Assembly (NCBI GenBank): GCA_951406725.2 | Contig: OX597833.1 | Coordinates: 29,822,001-29,886,000 of the forward strand | Source of the DNA: Octopus vulgaris | Taxonomy: Eukaryota | Direction of reading: 5' to 3' | DNA length: 64,000 bases | Part shown: positions 31,726 through 44,272 of the stretch, piece by piece | Position numbering within the stretch: the first letter of the stretch is position 1 | How the letters are laid out: each line of letters starts with the position of its first letter | Notes under the pieces: generated by a model | What the model saw: only the letters and a program-made list of their open reading frames with translations | What the model was told of the DNA's origin: nothing | The model's database searches: none | Made by a program: the position numbers and the translations under genes

Positions 31726-32241
31726 ACTATTTACATACCTGTTTAACCATTTCACCTAACTTTATTCATTAAATCTTTTAAAAACTTCTTAGAACTTTTG
31801 TTGTTGTAATATTTTTGCTTCTATTTTGTTTATCAAAACTTTGTCATCATGCAGAAATTGCCAGCTTCCAAATCCTGTTTTCTGATTGGGTAAAAATTAT
31901 CAAACTTTAAACCTCTGTAACATCTTAAAAATTTTTTCTGGAATAAATAAATCACAAAATTAGATTCAGCCTGAAAAAATTACATCAATATACCAAATTT
32001 GAAAATTTTCATTTAATTTTAAAATTTCAAAATCTATGACTGCAATCGAAAAGACCAATTGCATAACTGGATCATTCATTCTCTATCTTTTTGTTGTCAA
32101 CTTTGTTTACTCCTTAAAGGTTTCAATGAAATAAGTTGCAAGCATCTAATTCAGCTATATCCATCTATTATAAGTTTGTGACTTCGTGTCCATTCACAGT
32201 AATGACCTGAGATATTGCTAAATCATTGAAGTCATCCAGTC

Positions 32242-32403
32242 ATTAAACCTTTAGCTTTTAAACTGGCCATACCTGGCCCAAATATTTTACATGTTTTATG
32301 TTCAAACCAGCCAGATCCAGACTTTCACATGCACCATACAATATCATTAAAAAAAAAAATAAACATCACATTTGATAGAGTAATCTGAATGCTAAAGAGT
32401 TAA
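32242..32403. mobile_element. piggyBac-like MITE
   Basis: TTAA-acctttagc...gctaaagag-TTAA; same family as 33127-33691. Confidence 0.7.
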
Positions 32404-33126
32404 CATTGATGTACCTCCAAAGCTTGTCTTTGAATTTGCCTACACTATAAAGTTCTTGATTTTCCTCCACTTGGGCTTATAGTAATTGCAGTTTGGCTTG
32501 TTGATTGTTTTTAACCTGCATATGAGGAAGACATTGCAAGATTATATCTTTAGTGTGTAAAAAGAAAAAATTAGTGACTCATTGGATAAAGTTCTAAATA
32601 TCTAAATACTATAATTGTCACTCAGAATTGAAGATGAACTTGTTTAGTATGTACTATATAATTTTGATAATTGTTTCATGAGCAGATGCAGACACCTTCC
32701 CTGGTTTGACCCCACAGAATATCCAACATGTGACAGCTTGAAGGAGAAAGGGCTGCACTTGACCCCAGTGAGATTTGAACACAGAGTGCAAACAGTCAGA
32801 ACAAATACTACAATGCCTTGTATATGATGTTTTAACAATCCTGCCAACTGACCGCCTAAATCACAGATATCCCCTCCCCCCCAAATGATATAAATGGCAT
32901 TGTCATGCCTGGAACATCTTTTAATCGTAGGTTTGCTTAATCAGGACTGACCTGGGGCTAAACAACACAAACAACAGTAGAGTACCAGACTTACATGCAA
33001 CTATATTGTTTAGTTTCTGTTTCTACTAAAGATTTGTTATCTTAATTCTCCATATTTAGTATAGATATAATGGATGCTAGAAGCACCTCTTGTTCTACAA
33101 TACAAACTTCTTGTTTTAAAATATAT

Positions 33127-33691
33127 TTAACTCTTTAGCAATCAGATTACTCTGTCAAATGTAATGCTTATTTATTCACATTGATATAAATTACTTAGTA
33201 GCTTTGAGATTTCAATGATGTGTAGGGTAAGTGTGAGAAACCGTATCAGGTCAGTTTGAAGATTAAACAGACAGATTATTTTGGCTGAATATGGCTGGTT
33301 TCAATGCTAAAGAGTTAACCCTTTAGCATTCAGATTACTCTGTCAAATGTAATACTTATTTATTCACTTTCTTTTTAATTAATCATGTATTATCATGTAG
33401 CCTCAAGATTTTGGTGATGTGATTATTTAGATTTAGAATGACATTGTAGAGTAGGTGTAAGGCCAAATCTGGCTGATTTTAATATGAATCAGGTATTTGG
33501 GCCTGATATGGTTGGTTTAAACACGAAAGGGTTAATTTCTTTAACACCAGCCTGCATGAGACCATCTTTGATACTATGATGCAAAATAAACAATCACATC
33601 ATTGACATCTTGAAGCTATGATTACTTCAAAACAATTTGAATTAAAAAACGCATTATATTTAACAGAGTAATCTGAGTGGTGAAGGGTTAA
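33127..33691. mobile_element. Three adjacent piggyBac-like MITEs (~150-220 bp each)
   Basis: TTAA-CYCTTTAGCA...TAAAGRG-TTAA; the first two share the TTAA at 33315-33318. Confidence 0.8.
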
Positions 33692-34939
33692 TGACAAACC
33701 CTTACAAGTTCCTGATCATTTACTAAAGGAAATGAAACAAATAGACAGTGTGTTTCATTAGAAACATGAGCATGAAAGAATTAAGTTATTAGATTACTCA
33801 TTTAGAACTGTTAGCTTCTGTTAATGCTATGCCACTGCCATAATACTCTATGTAAGCATGGAAAAAAAGATTTCTTTTTTTATTGATTTCTATCTGGAGG
33901 AAAGTTTAATGTTTATGCCATTTACTGGTCTTCCAAAATGAATAATATCTGGTCTTGGCAAGTGTGGTTGACAAATTCCAGTCATATTTCCATCTTATTA
34001 GATCTCTTTAGTGAAGCCCTAGTTTTCTTTGTACTTGCAGGTTAAAGAAAAGAGAACCACTGTATTGATGTAGAATAATGTACACAAATAGACTTTAAAA
34101 ACTATCTTTTCCCAGCAATACCATTCATTCAAACTGTAACAGTTTAGTTATTACTATCAAACACAATATAATGAGCAAATCTAACTCATTAGCTAAACTG
34201 TCGTTTTGTCAATCCATCTGTCTGACTGAGTAAAATATGTGCCAATTCTATTTTGTGGTTAAACTGTTACTTGCTGGAATGTTTTACAGCTGTGAAACAT
34301 TGGTTTCATCAGTTCAGTTCTACAAATATCCAAATTTCTAAAACTCACCAGATACATGTATCAATGTGTGTGTGTGATGCATGTATTGTAGGGATATGTT
34401 TATATAAATATATGTGTGCGTGATGAAATGAATGAATGTGTGTGTGTTGGATATTCTATATAGATGTATGTGTATGGTGGCAGGAGGTACATATATATAT
34501 ATGATACATATATAAATAAATTTAAATGTTTATAAATAAGGAGTAAGAAAAATATAGTGGCCACAGTATACGTTTAAAGTAAACTAAAACATTATGGTAA
34601 GTCTTAGAATTTCACCTCGAGAACCAGAGGCTATGCTCAAAGGATTTCTTTCTCAAGAACCAAGTGTCGGATTGAGTTATTCACAAATCTATGTAATTAA
34701 AATTAAATGAAATAATAAATAAAGAATAAAATGTTAAATGCACTCAGTGAAAAATCAAAGCACAAGGCCCATGGTAAAGTAATCACTCACTATGTCTAAT
34801 ATTTATAATCTACATCAACTATTAGTTGCTGTAATTAGACCATGCAGTTAACTCTGTAAACATTTCATTTCTCTCTCTCCTTATCTGTCTGTTTCTCTCT
34901 TTCTGTGTTTCTCCCCAACTTCTCTCTCTTTCTCACCCC

Positions 34940-34975
34940 TCTCTCTGATGAAGACTCCAGCCTGAAACATTAGAC
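34940..34975 (+). ncRNA. Hammerhead ribozyme-like motif in a Penelope-like repeat
   Basis: CTGATGA-AGACTCCAGCCT-GAAAC-ATTA; helix II has one mismatch and helices I and III are weak. Confidence 0.45.
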
Positions 34976-35149
34976 TTCACATTTCTTCATCATAAACAAA
35001 TATATTCCACAGAGCATATTTTTGTTATTTGCCGAATCAGGCCAAACTCAAGTTAGTTTTTTGCTATTTTACTTGAATAACTAATTTTATGATTGTTTTG
35101 ATAACAGACAGATTTCTCAAAGGCAAATTATCATTATTATTGTTATTAA

Positions 35150-35535
35150 GATGGTGAGCTGGCTGAATTGTTAGCATGCTATGCAAAATGCCTAGTGGCA
35201 CTTTGTTTATCTTTGTTCTGAGTTCAAATTCTATTGAGGTCCACTTTACCTTTCTTCCTTTTGAGGTCGATAAAATAAGAGTCAAGTACTGGGATTAATG
35301 TCATCAACTTAAACCCTTCCTGCAAAATTGTTGACCTTGTGCTAAAATTTGAAGCCATTCGATTAGCAAAATCAGTAGAGCAGCAGAAAAATGCTTTGGG
35401 GTGTTTGTTCCAGCTTTTTAGATTCTGAGTTCAAATCCTACCTAGGTCAACTTTGTCTTTCATCCCTCTGGTGTTAATAAAGTAAAGTACTAGCCAAATA
35501 CTGGGGTTGATGGCATTGACTAACTCCCTCTCCTC
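35150..35535 (+). mobile_element. Two tandem copies of tRNA-derived SINE family B
   Basis: ggtgagctggc.gaat.gttagc head, gagttcaaat B box, ctttcatcct.t..ggt.gataaa body. Confidence 0.8.
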
Positions 35536-35544
35536 AAAACTGTT

Positions 35545-35895
35545 GTGTGGCTGTGTGGTAAGATGCTTGCTTCCCAACCACATACTTAGGGTTTAGTCCC
35601 TCTGCATGGCACCTTGGGCAAGCCTCAGGTTGGCCAAATCCTTGTGAGTGGATTTGGTAGACGGAAACTAAAAGAAGCCCACTGTGTGTTTGTGTCTGTG
35701 TTTGTCCTCCACCACTGCTTGCCAACCAGTGTTGGTGAGTGTATGTCCCCGTAACTTAGTTCAGCAATGACTGATAAAATAAGTACAAGGATTAACAAAA
35801 AAAATAAGTCCTGGGATCAATTTGTTTGACTAAAAATTCTTCAAGACAGTGCCCCAGCATGGCCACAGTTAAAATGACTGAAACAAGTTAAAGGT
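35545..35895 (+). mobile_element. SINE family A, diverged near-full copy
   Basis: gtggctgtgtggtaag...gggtttagtccc...gccccagcatggccacagttaaaatgactgaaacaag. Confidence 0.85.
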
Positions 35896-36753
35896 AAACG
35901 ATGCATGTAGTGGTGTAGGAAATGCTAATAGATTTATCCTGTGAAGAAGCTGACTTAGCAACTCTATCTGTTGCACTGCCAACAATTGATATATGGAAAG
36001 TCTACAGCTAAGATTAATACTTTCATGTGCACTGAATAATTTGCTTTATTGGTTGTACACAGCATACATAGATATATATAGATATATGCATATATACACC
36101 CACTCATCCCTCCTTCCCTCCATTAAAGAACTGTATCTAACAAAAAGTTCTTGCGTCTAGCCTGACGTTATCTCTGAAATATTGCTTTAAAAATATTGTT
36201 TGCTTCATTTTAACCTTTTGATATGGCCTTGAAATTCTGTTTTACTCTACTCAAATTTACAAAAAGATTGTGTTAATATGTAGTAGATTGAGTAATAAAG
36301 GTGACAGATTGGTAGAAACTGCACTGGACCTAGATGTCTTACAAGCCAGCAAAAGATCATTGTCACTGAAGTTGCTTGAAATAGTTGCTAAATCTCCATC
36401 AGTGCACACTCTAACATCTTAAAAACAAAGATACAAGGATAATGTAAACTAAAATGCATTATGCCTGAAAAATATTTGCAATGATCAAAGCTAGAATGCA
36501 TTTGATTATAGGTTTGAGTGCTGTCATAAGGTTGAGCAGCTAAATATCTTACAATGTTTAGTTGCATTCTTACTTCATATTCCAACATCGATTTTGACCC
36601 TTTCATCCCCTTTAGGGGCAATAAAGTTAATACCACTTGTAATAAGCTGTTTTATTCTGTATCAAGCATATTACTTTCTTTACAAATTTGTCGCATTATT
36701 CTGTTGTACAGTCTTTTGAAAATACCCTGTATGTATATGTGTATATATATGTA

Positions 36754-36784
<31 letters not shown>

Positions 36785-36951
36785 GTGTGTATATGCATAA
36801 GAACATTTTATGACCATTGTAATTGCTCATGCTTGTAAACATAGGTATATTTTAAATCAGTCTATTTTATGATTTAGCAGTCCTTGCATGAAATATATAT
36901 ATATGTATATATATATATGTATATATACATACACACACACACACACACATA

Positions 36952-38790
36952 CAGGCATACCTCACCCTACGTCATTAATTGATTCCAGGAGACACAACAT
37001 ACGCCGAAAAATGACGTAAGTCAAATTAACTTGTCTCTAGGCTAGGCTAGGCCAAATTTACATGTCTCTAGGCTAAACCAATTCCCAGTTCTGTACTTTA
37101 CTTATGAATGCATTTTCAATAATACATGATTAATAAAAACCTATTTTAAGCTTACAAACAAATAATTTATATTTTTTGATACAGTACAGAAAAAAAAAAT
37201 AATAACCCAAAATTACGAATACAATTTGGTGGTGTTTACCGTACATCGTGGACGCTTTATGAATGCAGTTTGCAATTAGACATGGTAAAATAAAAGTATT
37301 TTTAAGCTTCAAAAACAAATTTAGTAATTATTATTATTTTGCAATAGTAAAAAAAAAAAAAGTTATTTAAAATTTACCTATACGTACATACAATTTGGTG
37401 GTTTACATCGCAGATGTAGATGGCTGTGGATCGTCAACATCAACAGCTGACTCTAGCTGTTCTTGTTGTTCGATGCACTTAAAAAACCAGTTGAGGGTTT
37501 TGAACTGTCTTTTTCTTTTCTTCAAGGATTACAAATTATAAGGAACAAAAGCTTCGTGACAAGCCCCCATAATCTTGAGAAAGCATTGAGAAAGCAAGGC
37601 TCCCCACCCCAAACCACCCTTAAAAAATTTTTTTCTCTTTCGATACAAACTTCTCTTTTCGGCTACAGGGAATACGAATCTGCAAAAAAATTGGCAAAAA
37701 TCGGCAGTTCTAAATTACCATCCCCACCCCACCCCCATTTCCTTTATTTTAAACTTTTTTTCACAATATTTTTTTCAAAATATGTGGAAAAATATGGATA
37801 TTATGATTCTGAAAAAATTTCAAAAAATCTTTGTAAAATTTTTTAAATAATTTTTTTCTTTCTAATTATGCAGAAAAATATGGATATCATGATTTAGACA
37901 AAAATTTCAAAACATTTCTGTACTTACGGTTACGGTTTTAGAGTTAGGGTTAGGGTTAGTGTTTTGGAAAAAAGTCAAAATTGAAGTTGGGGGCGAAAGC
38001 GGGGAGAAAGTTCACAATGCCGATTTTTGGCAATTTTCTGGAACCTCTGAATCCAAAAATGGGGATTTTTGGCAAAAAAAGAAATTACAAAAATAAACAA
38101 ATTTCGGAGAAAATGGGGGGGCAGGGACGGAAGTCTTTCCACATTGAGCATTTGGATCTGTATCCTCGAACATACAAGGACCTTTTACGATATATATCCA
38201 AATGCTTGTTGCATTTTCTTAATGGTAAAGTGACGTGGCTCAGGTTCGACTTCCTCTTCTTTATTTTGCTGCTCATAAAGCTCTATCAAATCCTCATTTG
38301 TCAGGGGCTGCTTATCTTTTTCAAATAGTTCTGTGAAATCCTCCGCCTCCAAATCCATTTCCAGTTCATTGCTCGTAGTCACCAACGTTTTGTTGATGGC
38401 AACATTATCAATCATTCACAAATTGCAGGCAAAGCTTCCATACACCATTCATAGCTGTGCTCTGTACATCATTCCCTGCTGCTGCTATGTTCTGCTATCT
38501 TGTAGATACCGTATCTCTTCCAAAAGTCAAGAAGTGTGATGGATTTATTGGAATGAGTTGCAGCTGTTGCTTGCCACAGCATATGCTTCATATAGTAATG
38601 TTTGAAGATAGCAATCATTCCTTGATTCTTTGGCTGCAAAAGAAACGTGGTATTCAGATGGAGGTATAACACGATAATGTTAGGGTCAAAATCTACAATG
38701 TTTTGCAGGTGGCCAGGAGCATTATCTAAGATAAGTAAAACCTGAAAAGGAATTCCCTTCTCTTTACAGTAAGTACTTCTCTGCTGCTGG
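36952..38790 (-). mobile_element. Tigger/pogo DNA transposon remnant (DDE_1 C-terminal half plus TIR) with nested insertion
   Basis: TA|CAGGCATACCTC Tigger-type TIR at 36952; minus-strand frames give LLILDNAPGH, LLQPKNQG.IA.FK.YY, LTNEDLIEL. Confidence 0.8.
37540..38140. mobile_element. Unclassified non-autonomous element containing (TTAGGG) repeats, nested in the Tigger remnant
   Basis: Abrupt compositional change, imperfect terminal inverted similarity, gttagggttagggttag at about 37943-37959. Confidence 0.45.
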
Positions 38791-38794
38791 GATA

Positions 38795-38831
<37 letters not shown>

Positions 38832-39160
38832 GCTGCTGGATCAGGTAATGAAGGTTACGGAGAGGGTCATAGCCCAACTAATTAGAGAGAAAGTTAGCAT
38901 AGATGAGATGCAGTTTGGGTTCGTGCCAGGGAAAAGTACTACTGGTGCTATATTCCTGGTAAGACAGCTGCAGGAGAAATACCTAGCCAAAGATAAGCTC
39001 CTGTACCTGGCTTTTGTTGACATGAAGAAAGCCTTCGACAGGATCCCCGATCCCTTATCTGGTGGTCAATGAGGAAACTAGGGATAGATGAATGGTTTGT
39101 GAGAGCTGTGCAAGCCATATACAGAGACGCTGCTAGTAAGGTGAGGGTTGGCAACGAGTA
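38832..39160 (+). pseudogene. RTE RT fragment, frameshifted
   Basis: LLDQVMKVTERV...QFGFVPG...AFVDMKKAFDR. Confidence 0.9.
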
Positions 39161-39641
39161 CAACTCCCCTAAATCTGCAAAATACCTCACTCTCAATTAG
39201 GTCTCTTATACCTACTACTAAATATTCCTTTTCCAAGAGATGAGAGGCGCCCCTTCATGGCTGCTAGTTTTCGCGGGTCGCAACCCCCCCCTCTATCTCG
39301 CTGTTTTTCTCTATCTCTATCTCTTCACACTGTTTGTCTTTCTATCTCTTTCGATCACCACTCGACAGGACTTCCCACTTTCCCTCCCCTCCACCACCAC
39401 CCTATATAAACTAACGCCCGTATTATAGCACCCCCATTTTTCGATTCAAACTGTTGCTGTAAACTACGAACGGAAAGATAACCCACAGATAAGCATTCTT
39501 TAAATTCATCCCGTTACCTACCTAGTAATATTTCTGCGCAATTGATTAACCTTTAGTTATCTCTGTTCTGTTTGACTCTGTCTATTTCAGCCTCACGTCT
39601 CCTGTTAAATATATATATAATTCTATAGTTCCTCTTATCGA

Positions 39642-40328
39642 TCATCATCATCATCATCATCGTTTAACGTCTGTTTTCCATGCTAGCATGGGTTGGACGG
39701 TTCGACCGGGGTATGGGAAGCCAGAAGGCTGCACCAGGCCCAGTCTGCTCTGGCAGTGTTTCTACAGCTGGATGCCCTTCCTAACACCAACCACTCCATG
39801 AGTGTAGTGGGTGCTTTTTACGTGCCACCTGCACAGGTGCCAGGCGAGGCTGGCAACGGCCACGATCGGATTGGTGCATTTTTCATGCCACCGGCACGGG
39901 AGCCAGTCAAGGCTGGGCTCGCATCAGCCACGATTCGGATGGTGCTCTAAGCCAGTCTAGGTGGCGCTGGCATTGGCCACGATTCGGATAGTGCTTTTTA
40001 CGTACCACTGGCACGGAAGCCAGTCTAGGTGGCGCTGGCATCGGCCACAATTCAGATGGTGCTTTTTACGTGCCACCAGCATTGAAGCCAGTCAAGGTGG
40101 GGCTGGCATCGACCACAATTCGGATAGTGCTTTTTACGTGCCACCGGCACGGAAGCCAGTCAAGGCGGCACTGGCATCGGCCACGTTTGGATGGTGCTTT
40201 TTACGTGCCACCGGCACAGGGATCACAACTGCAGTTTCCATTGATTTTGATGTTGGTGTACTTGACTCAATGGATCTCCTCTAGCACAGGGTCGAAAAGG
40301 TGTTTCTTCACTTGCCACCTGCACAGGT
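39642..40328 (-). mobile_element. RTE 3' UTR with expanded ~55-60 bp internal repeats and (GAT)n tail
   Basis: (cat)n, ccatgctagcatgg, repeated gctttttacgtgccacc..cac..aagccagtc units. Confidence 0.9.
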
Positions 40329-40492
40329 GTATGTATATATATATATGGAATACTAATGTTGACTGCTAGATATGTCCCATCAGCGGTGCCTCCACTGCGT
40401 CCAGAGCATCTCTTACCAAGACTGAGTGAGGAATAAAGAAGGGATGAAATGAGCTGGCATGGGAAGTTTGTAGGATTTTGTGACTAAGCGGC

Positions 40493-40938
40493 AGATTCAG
40501 TTTACTAGTTATTTGACACCACTAGAAAAAAATCCCATTTTCCGTAGTGGTGTCGTATGAAATTGTCACCCATAATTATAACCCTAGTATCGATCTATTG
40601 CATTTTAATCTGTTTTAGGGTTAGGGGTGGGGTTGGGGTTAGGGGTGGAGGAAGGGTATCTTTTTCTTTGCAAATGTAAATAAACCCAATCTGTTTCTTA
40701 AATGAGGGACATATTCATACAGCATGGAATGTTTTCACCCCAAATGGACGTAAGCAATTGGTTAAAATTGCCGAAATGCTCGATTTTAAAGTGGAAATAT
40801 CTTACAAACTATAGAATTTTCTCAATAAAGCCAAGAGAAAATGATGTTTTATAAACACATTCTACCAGTATACAAAGTCTAAAAGTGTTTAGTTAACTAG
40901 AAATTGTGTTGAAAATTGCTGTTCAAAAGGAAAGGATC
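40493..40938 (+). mobile_element. Non-autonomous element with subterminal stem-loop and TTAGGG-like tract (Helentron/DINE-like?)
   Basis: GACACCACTA...TAGTGGTGTC inverted repeat at 40515-40554; ttagggttaggggtgggg; ends aaaggatc. Confidence 0.45.
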
Positions 40939-41150
40939 TGTTATTATTATGCTTTGATTAATGCTGGAGAGATATGCTAAGTGGATGAAGGAAATATATA
41001 AAAAAATATATAAATATAGGAAGCATATGAAAATATATAATATATAATGTAAAATAAAATAAAGGTTCATCGTTTAGAAAATCTCATAAAATTACTTATC
41101 GAATAAGAGAGGCCTTATATTTAAAAAAAGAGGAAACCATATTTACTAAA

Positions 41151-41232
41151 TTCCCTATGGCCATTTCAGGGGTATATTATTGTGTTTAAAGCACTAGGGT
41201 ACATCATGCTAATAACTCCTTCGTCAGGGGAA
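41151..41232 (-). ncRNA. Type I hammerhead ribozyme
   Basis: TTCCC-CTGACGA-[AGGAGTTATT...AATATACCCCT]-GAAA-TGGCCA-TA-GGGAA: full core, helix I TTCCC/GGGAA, palindromic helix III ATGGCCAT, AUA cleavage triplet. Confidence 0.85.
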
Positions 41233-41481
41233 AAAATAGAGAGACAGACATCATCGCGTAGCAGGTTTAACACAATATTGTGTGTTTTCTTATTGAAGCA
41301 GTCATGCTCAGACGAGCCCAGAAGAAAGAATTAAAGCAGTAAAAAAAATTAATTTTATATAAAGCAGTAGAAAAATAAAGCAGTAAAATAAAAAAAAAAA
41401 ACTTGGTGTATTAAATTAAATTAAATTAAATTAAATTAAATTGAACCTCCGTGGTTTCAAACCCTGTAAGAGCTAAACTAT

Positions 41482-42166
41482 TTATTTTCTACAACTTATT
41501 TTATTTCTATACACTTTTAAAAACGTAGAAGAAAATTTATGGATGCAAAAGGGAATTACATCAGTAAATTTATTCAAAATGTGCGGTCCATAACACCTAA
41601 GGATGGTAAGGGATTCCCTTATGCACAGCTTACACCTGTTAATATTTCCCTTGAAATTTGGGGTTTTAGAGATAATGGACCATTCTAGATAATAATTCTT
41701 ATTATTTTTCTTTAAATTGTGTATATGGGATGCAAGTGTTGTAGAATTACAGTATTTATTGATAGAAAAAGAGCTCATATGTGATCTATATCTAGCCTTA
41801 AAATCTACTGTGCTACCTATATAAAATTTATTTAACCTATCCTCGTCCTTGACTACACATTTATATATAACGTTAGTAACCAGACAGGAACCATCTAAAG
41901 GGCATAATTCGGGGTTTCTACAAAAACATTTCGTTCCGGGGCCTTTCCTAGTTTTATTTCTATTGTTACCTTTACATTTTGTGTCTCCAGTTCTAAACAA
42001 GTTTCCCTCTTTCATTCCATCAAATCTTCCCTTATTACATGGGTTCGATAGATCCGGTAAAGGCAGAGTGTTTGTACCATTGGCATTAGGCGTTACAAAA
42101 TTATTATACGCAGTTCCTTGGTCATCCTCAAAAGAACTTTTCCAGCCATTCCGCCAAGCTTGCTTC
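41482..42166 (-). CDS. Penelope-type GIY-YIG endonuclease (C-terminal fragment of the RT-EN ORF)
   Basis: C.C....CPL.G.C, VIY...YIGST..FK.RY.SH, L..HI, WSII, CKLC..E...I, LN; the frame stays open upstream of the called Met to about 42166. Confidence 0.9.
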
Positions 42167-42589
42167 TATTATTCGATAAGTAATTTTATAAGATTTTCTA
42201 AACGATGAACCTTTATTTTATTTTACATTATATATTATATATTTTTATATGCTTCCTATATTTATGTATTTTTTAAATATATTTTTTATATACCTATATA
42301 TTTATATATTACTTTATACTATATTTTTACGTTTTACCTTCTAGGTGTTGTAATGGTTTTTTAAAAAAATATATTTTTCTTAATCGCTAAAGTATTAACT
42401 TTTAACCGTGATGAACTGTATTCACATATATTCACACATTTTTTCTCACACTTTCTTATATGCTTGTACAGATAAATTATATTCCATCTTCCGTGATGTC
42501 TAAATGTATTTTCTATGATTAAATGTTCAAGTTATGAAATGTTATGTGGATGACCTTGCTTTTGTTTGTTCTATAACTTTAGTTTGATA

Positions 42590-42948
42590 TGCATATATAT
42601 ATGTATATATATATATGTATGTATATATATATATATAGGTATGCATATATATATATATGTACATATATATATATATATATATATATGTAGATATATGTAT
42701 GCATATATATATGTATATATATATATATACACATGCATATATTTATATATATGTATATATACACATGCATATATGTATATATATATATGTATATATACAC
42801 ATGCATATATGTATATATATATTTATATATAATGTTATATACATGCACATATGTATACATATATATATATTTATATAGAATGTTATATACATGCATATAT
42901 GTATACATATATTTATATATAATATTATATACATGCATATATATATAT
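42590..42948. repeat. TA-rich microsatellite
   Basis: Directly visible. Confidence 0.9.
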
Positions 42949-44272
42949 AAATCCTTAAATCCTAAAAAATGTTTCAGCCTGAAGGCTGCGGCCATGCTGG
43001 GGTACCACCGCTGAATGAGCTACACTAGTATGTGAATCCACCTCTGATACGTGGCACTTGGTCAACAATGGAGTTTGATGCCACTGCCCGCATCTGTCTC
43101 CTGCCGAGAGGTAGGTTCATCTGGGACCCCCGACAAGAAGAGATCCAGTTTAGTTTTAAAGAAACCCACATCCACACCATGCAAGTCTCTCAGGCATTTA
43201 GGGAGGATGTTGAAGAGCTGTGGTCCTCTGAAACCCAAGCTGTCGCAGTATCTGGACCTGTATTTTGATGGTGATCTTGGAATCTTTGGCACCATGCAGT
43301 GGCGCCCCGTTCTGCGGTTGGGGTAACTTTGAATGCCAAAATTTGGGACAAGACCCTCCAGGATTTTCCAGATGTATATCACCGCATATCTCTCTCGCCT
43401 TCGCTCTAGGGAGAAGAGTTTTAATACTTTCAGTCTTTCCCAGTAGCTGATATATTGCATTGAGATGATCTTCTTAGTGTAGCCTCTTTGAATTGCTTCA
43501 AGTTCTGCTGTTAGCTTTATATTGTGTGGTGACCATAGTTGGGAGTAGTAGACCAAGCAGCTGAGGACGAAAGTTTTCCAAAGGACCATCAGTGTCTCCT
43601 TCTCTCTTGTTCTGAAAGTTTGGAGAATCCATCCAGCTAGCCGTCTGCATTTTATCACCAAATTAGTAATATGCACTTGGAAAGATGCAACATTGCTCAT
43701 GTCAATGCCCAGGTCATGCACTGATTTTGACTCAGGAATTACAATTCTTTCCGGGCCTGTGTATCCAGTCTGCATGTCGTTTACCTTTGTGTGCCTGTAG
43801 CGCAGGGCCTGGAACTTACTTGCATTAAACTGCATGTTGTTGTCCTCAGCCCACCTGTATATTGTATCCAACTCCTGTTGCAGATGTGCAATATTTCCTG
43901 GGTTTTGTATTGTGTGGGAGACTTTTGTGTCATCTGCATAGCTAGCAAGGGTGGCCATCTTAGCAACTGAGGGCATGTCTGAAAGGGCCACTATGAACAG
44001 CAGTGGCCCCAAGACAGTGCCCAGTGGAACACCGCTTGTTATTTGTGTTTTCTTGGAGGTGGCTCCATTGGCCACAACTGCCTGCCTTCTATCTTTTAGG
44101 AAGTTGTGCAGCCACTCTCCAAGTTTTCTGCATATGCCGAGACCACGCAGTTTGTGACAAATCATATCGTGGTCGACTTTATCAAAGGCTTTTGCAAAGT
44201 CGAGATATATCACATCCACATTTGAGCCATTTAGTAGCTGTTTTAACACCCAGTCATAGTGTTGCAGGAGCT
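42949..44272 (-). mobile_element. 5'-truncated CR1/L2-group LINE (RT to 3' end; ORF 43062-44249)
   Basis: YLDFAKAFDKV, SGVP.G.VLGPLLF, YADDTK, LERRR; (TTTAAGGA)n tail. Confidence 0.95.

Larger units (their letters stand above)
40990..42440 (-). mobile_element. 5'-truncated Penelope-like retroelement with 3' pseudo-LTR and inverted pLTR at the truncation point
   Basis: GIY-YIG ORF, hammerhead at 41151-41232, and 41010-41106 inverted at 42169-42265. Confidence 0.88.

Noticed and set aside
34600-34655. Possible extra hammerhead (GCCTC..GAGGT-GAAA on the minus strand)
   Set aside because: No recognisable CUGAnGA core or helix I.
37940-37960. Telomere or chromosome fusion site
   Set aside because: Only 2-3 TTAGGG units, inside an interspersed element.
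37463-38328. 127 aa and 115 aa plus-strand ORFs
   Set aside because: Low-complexity K/F-rich frames within transposon remnants.
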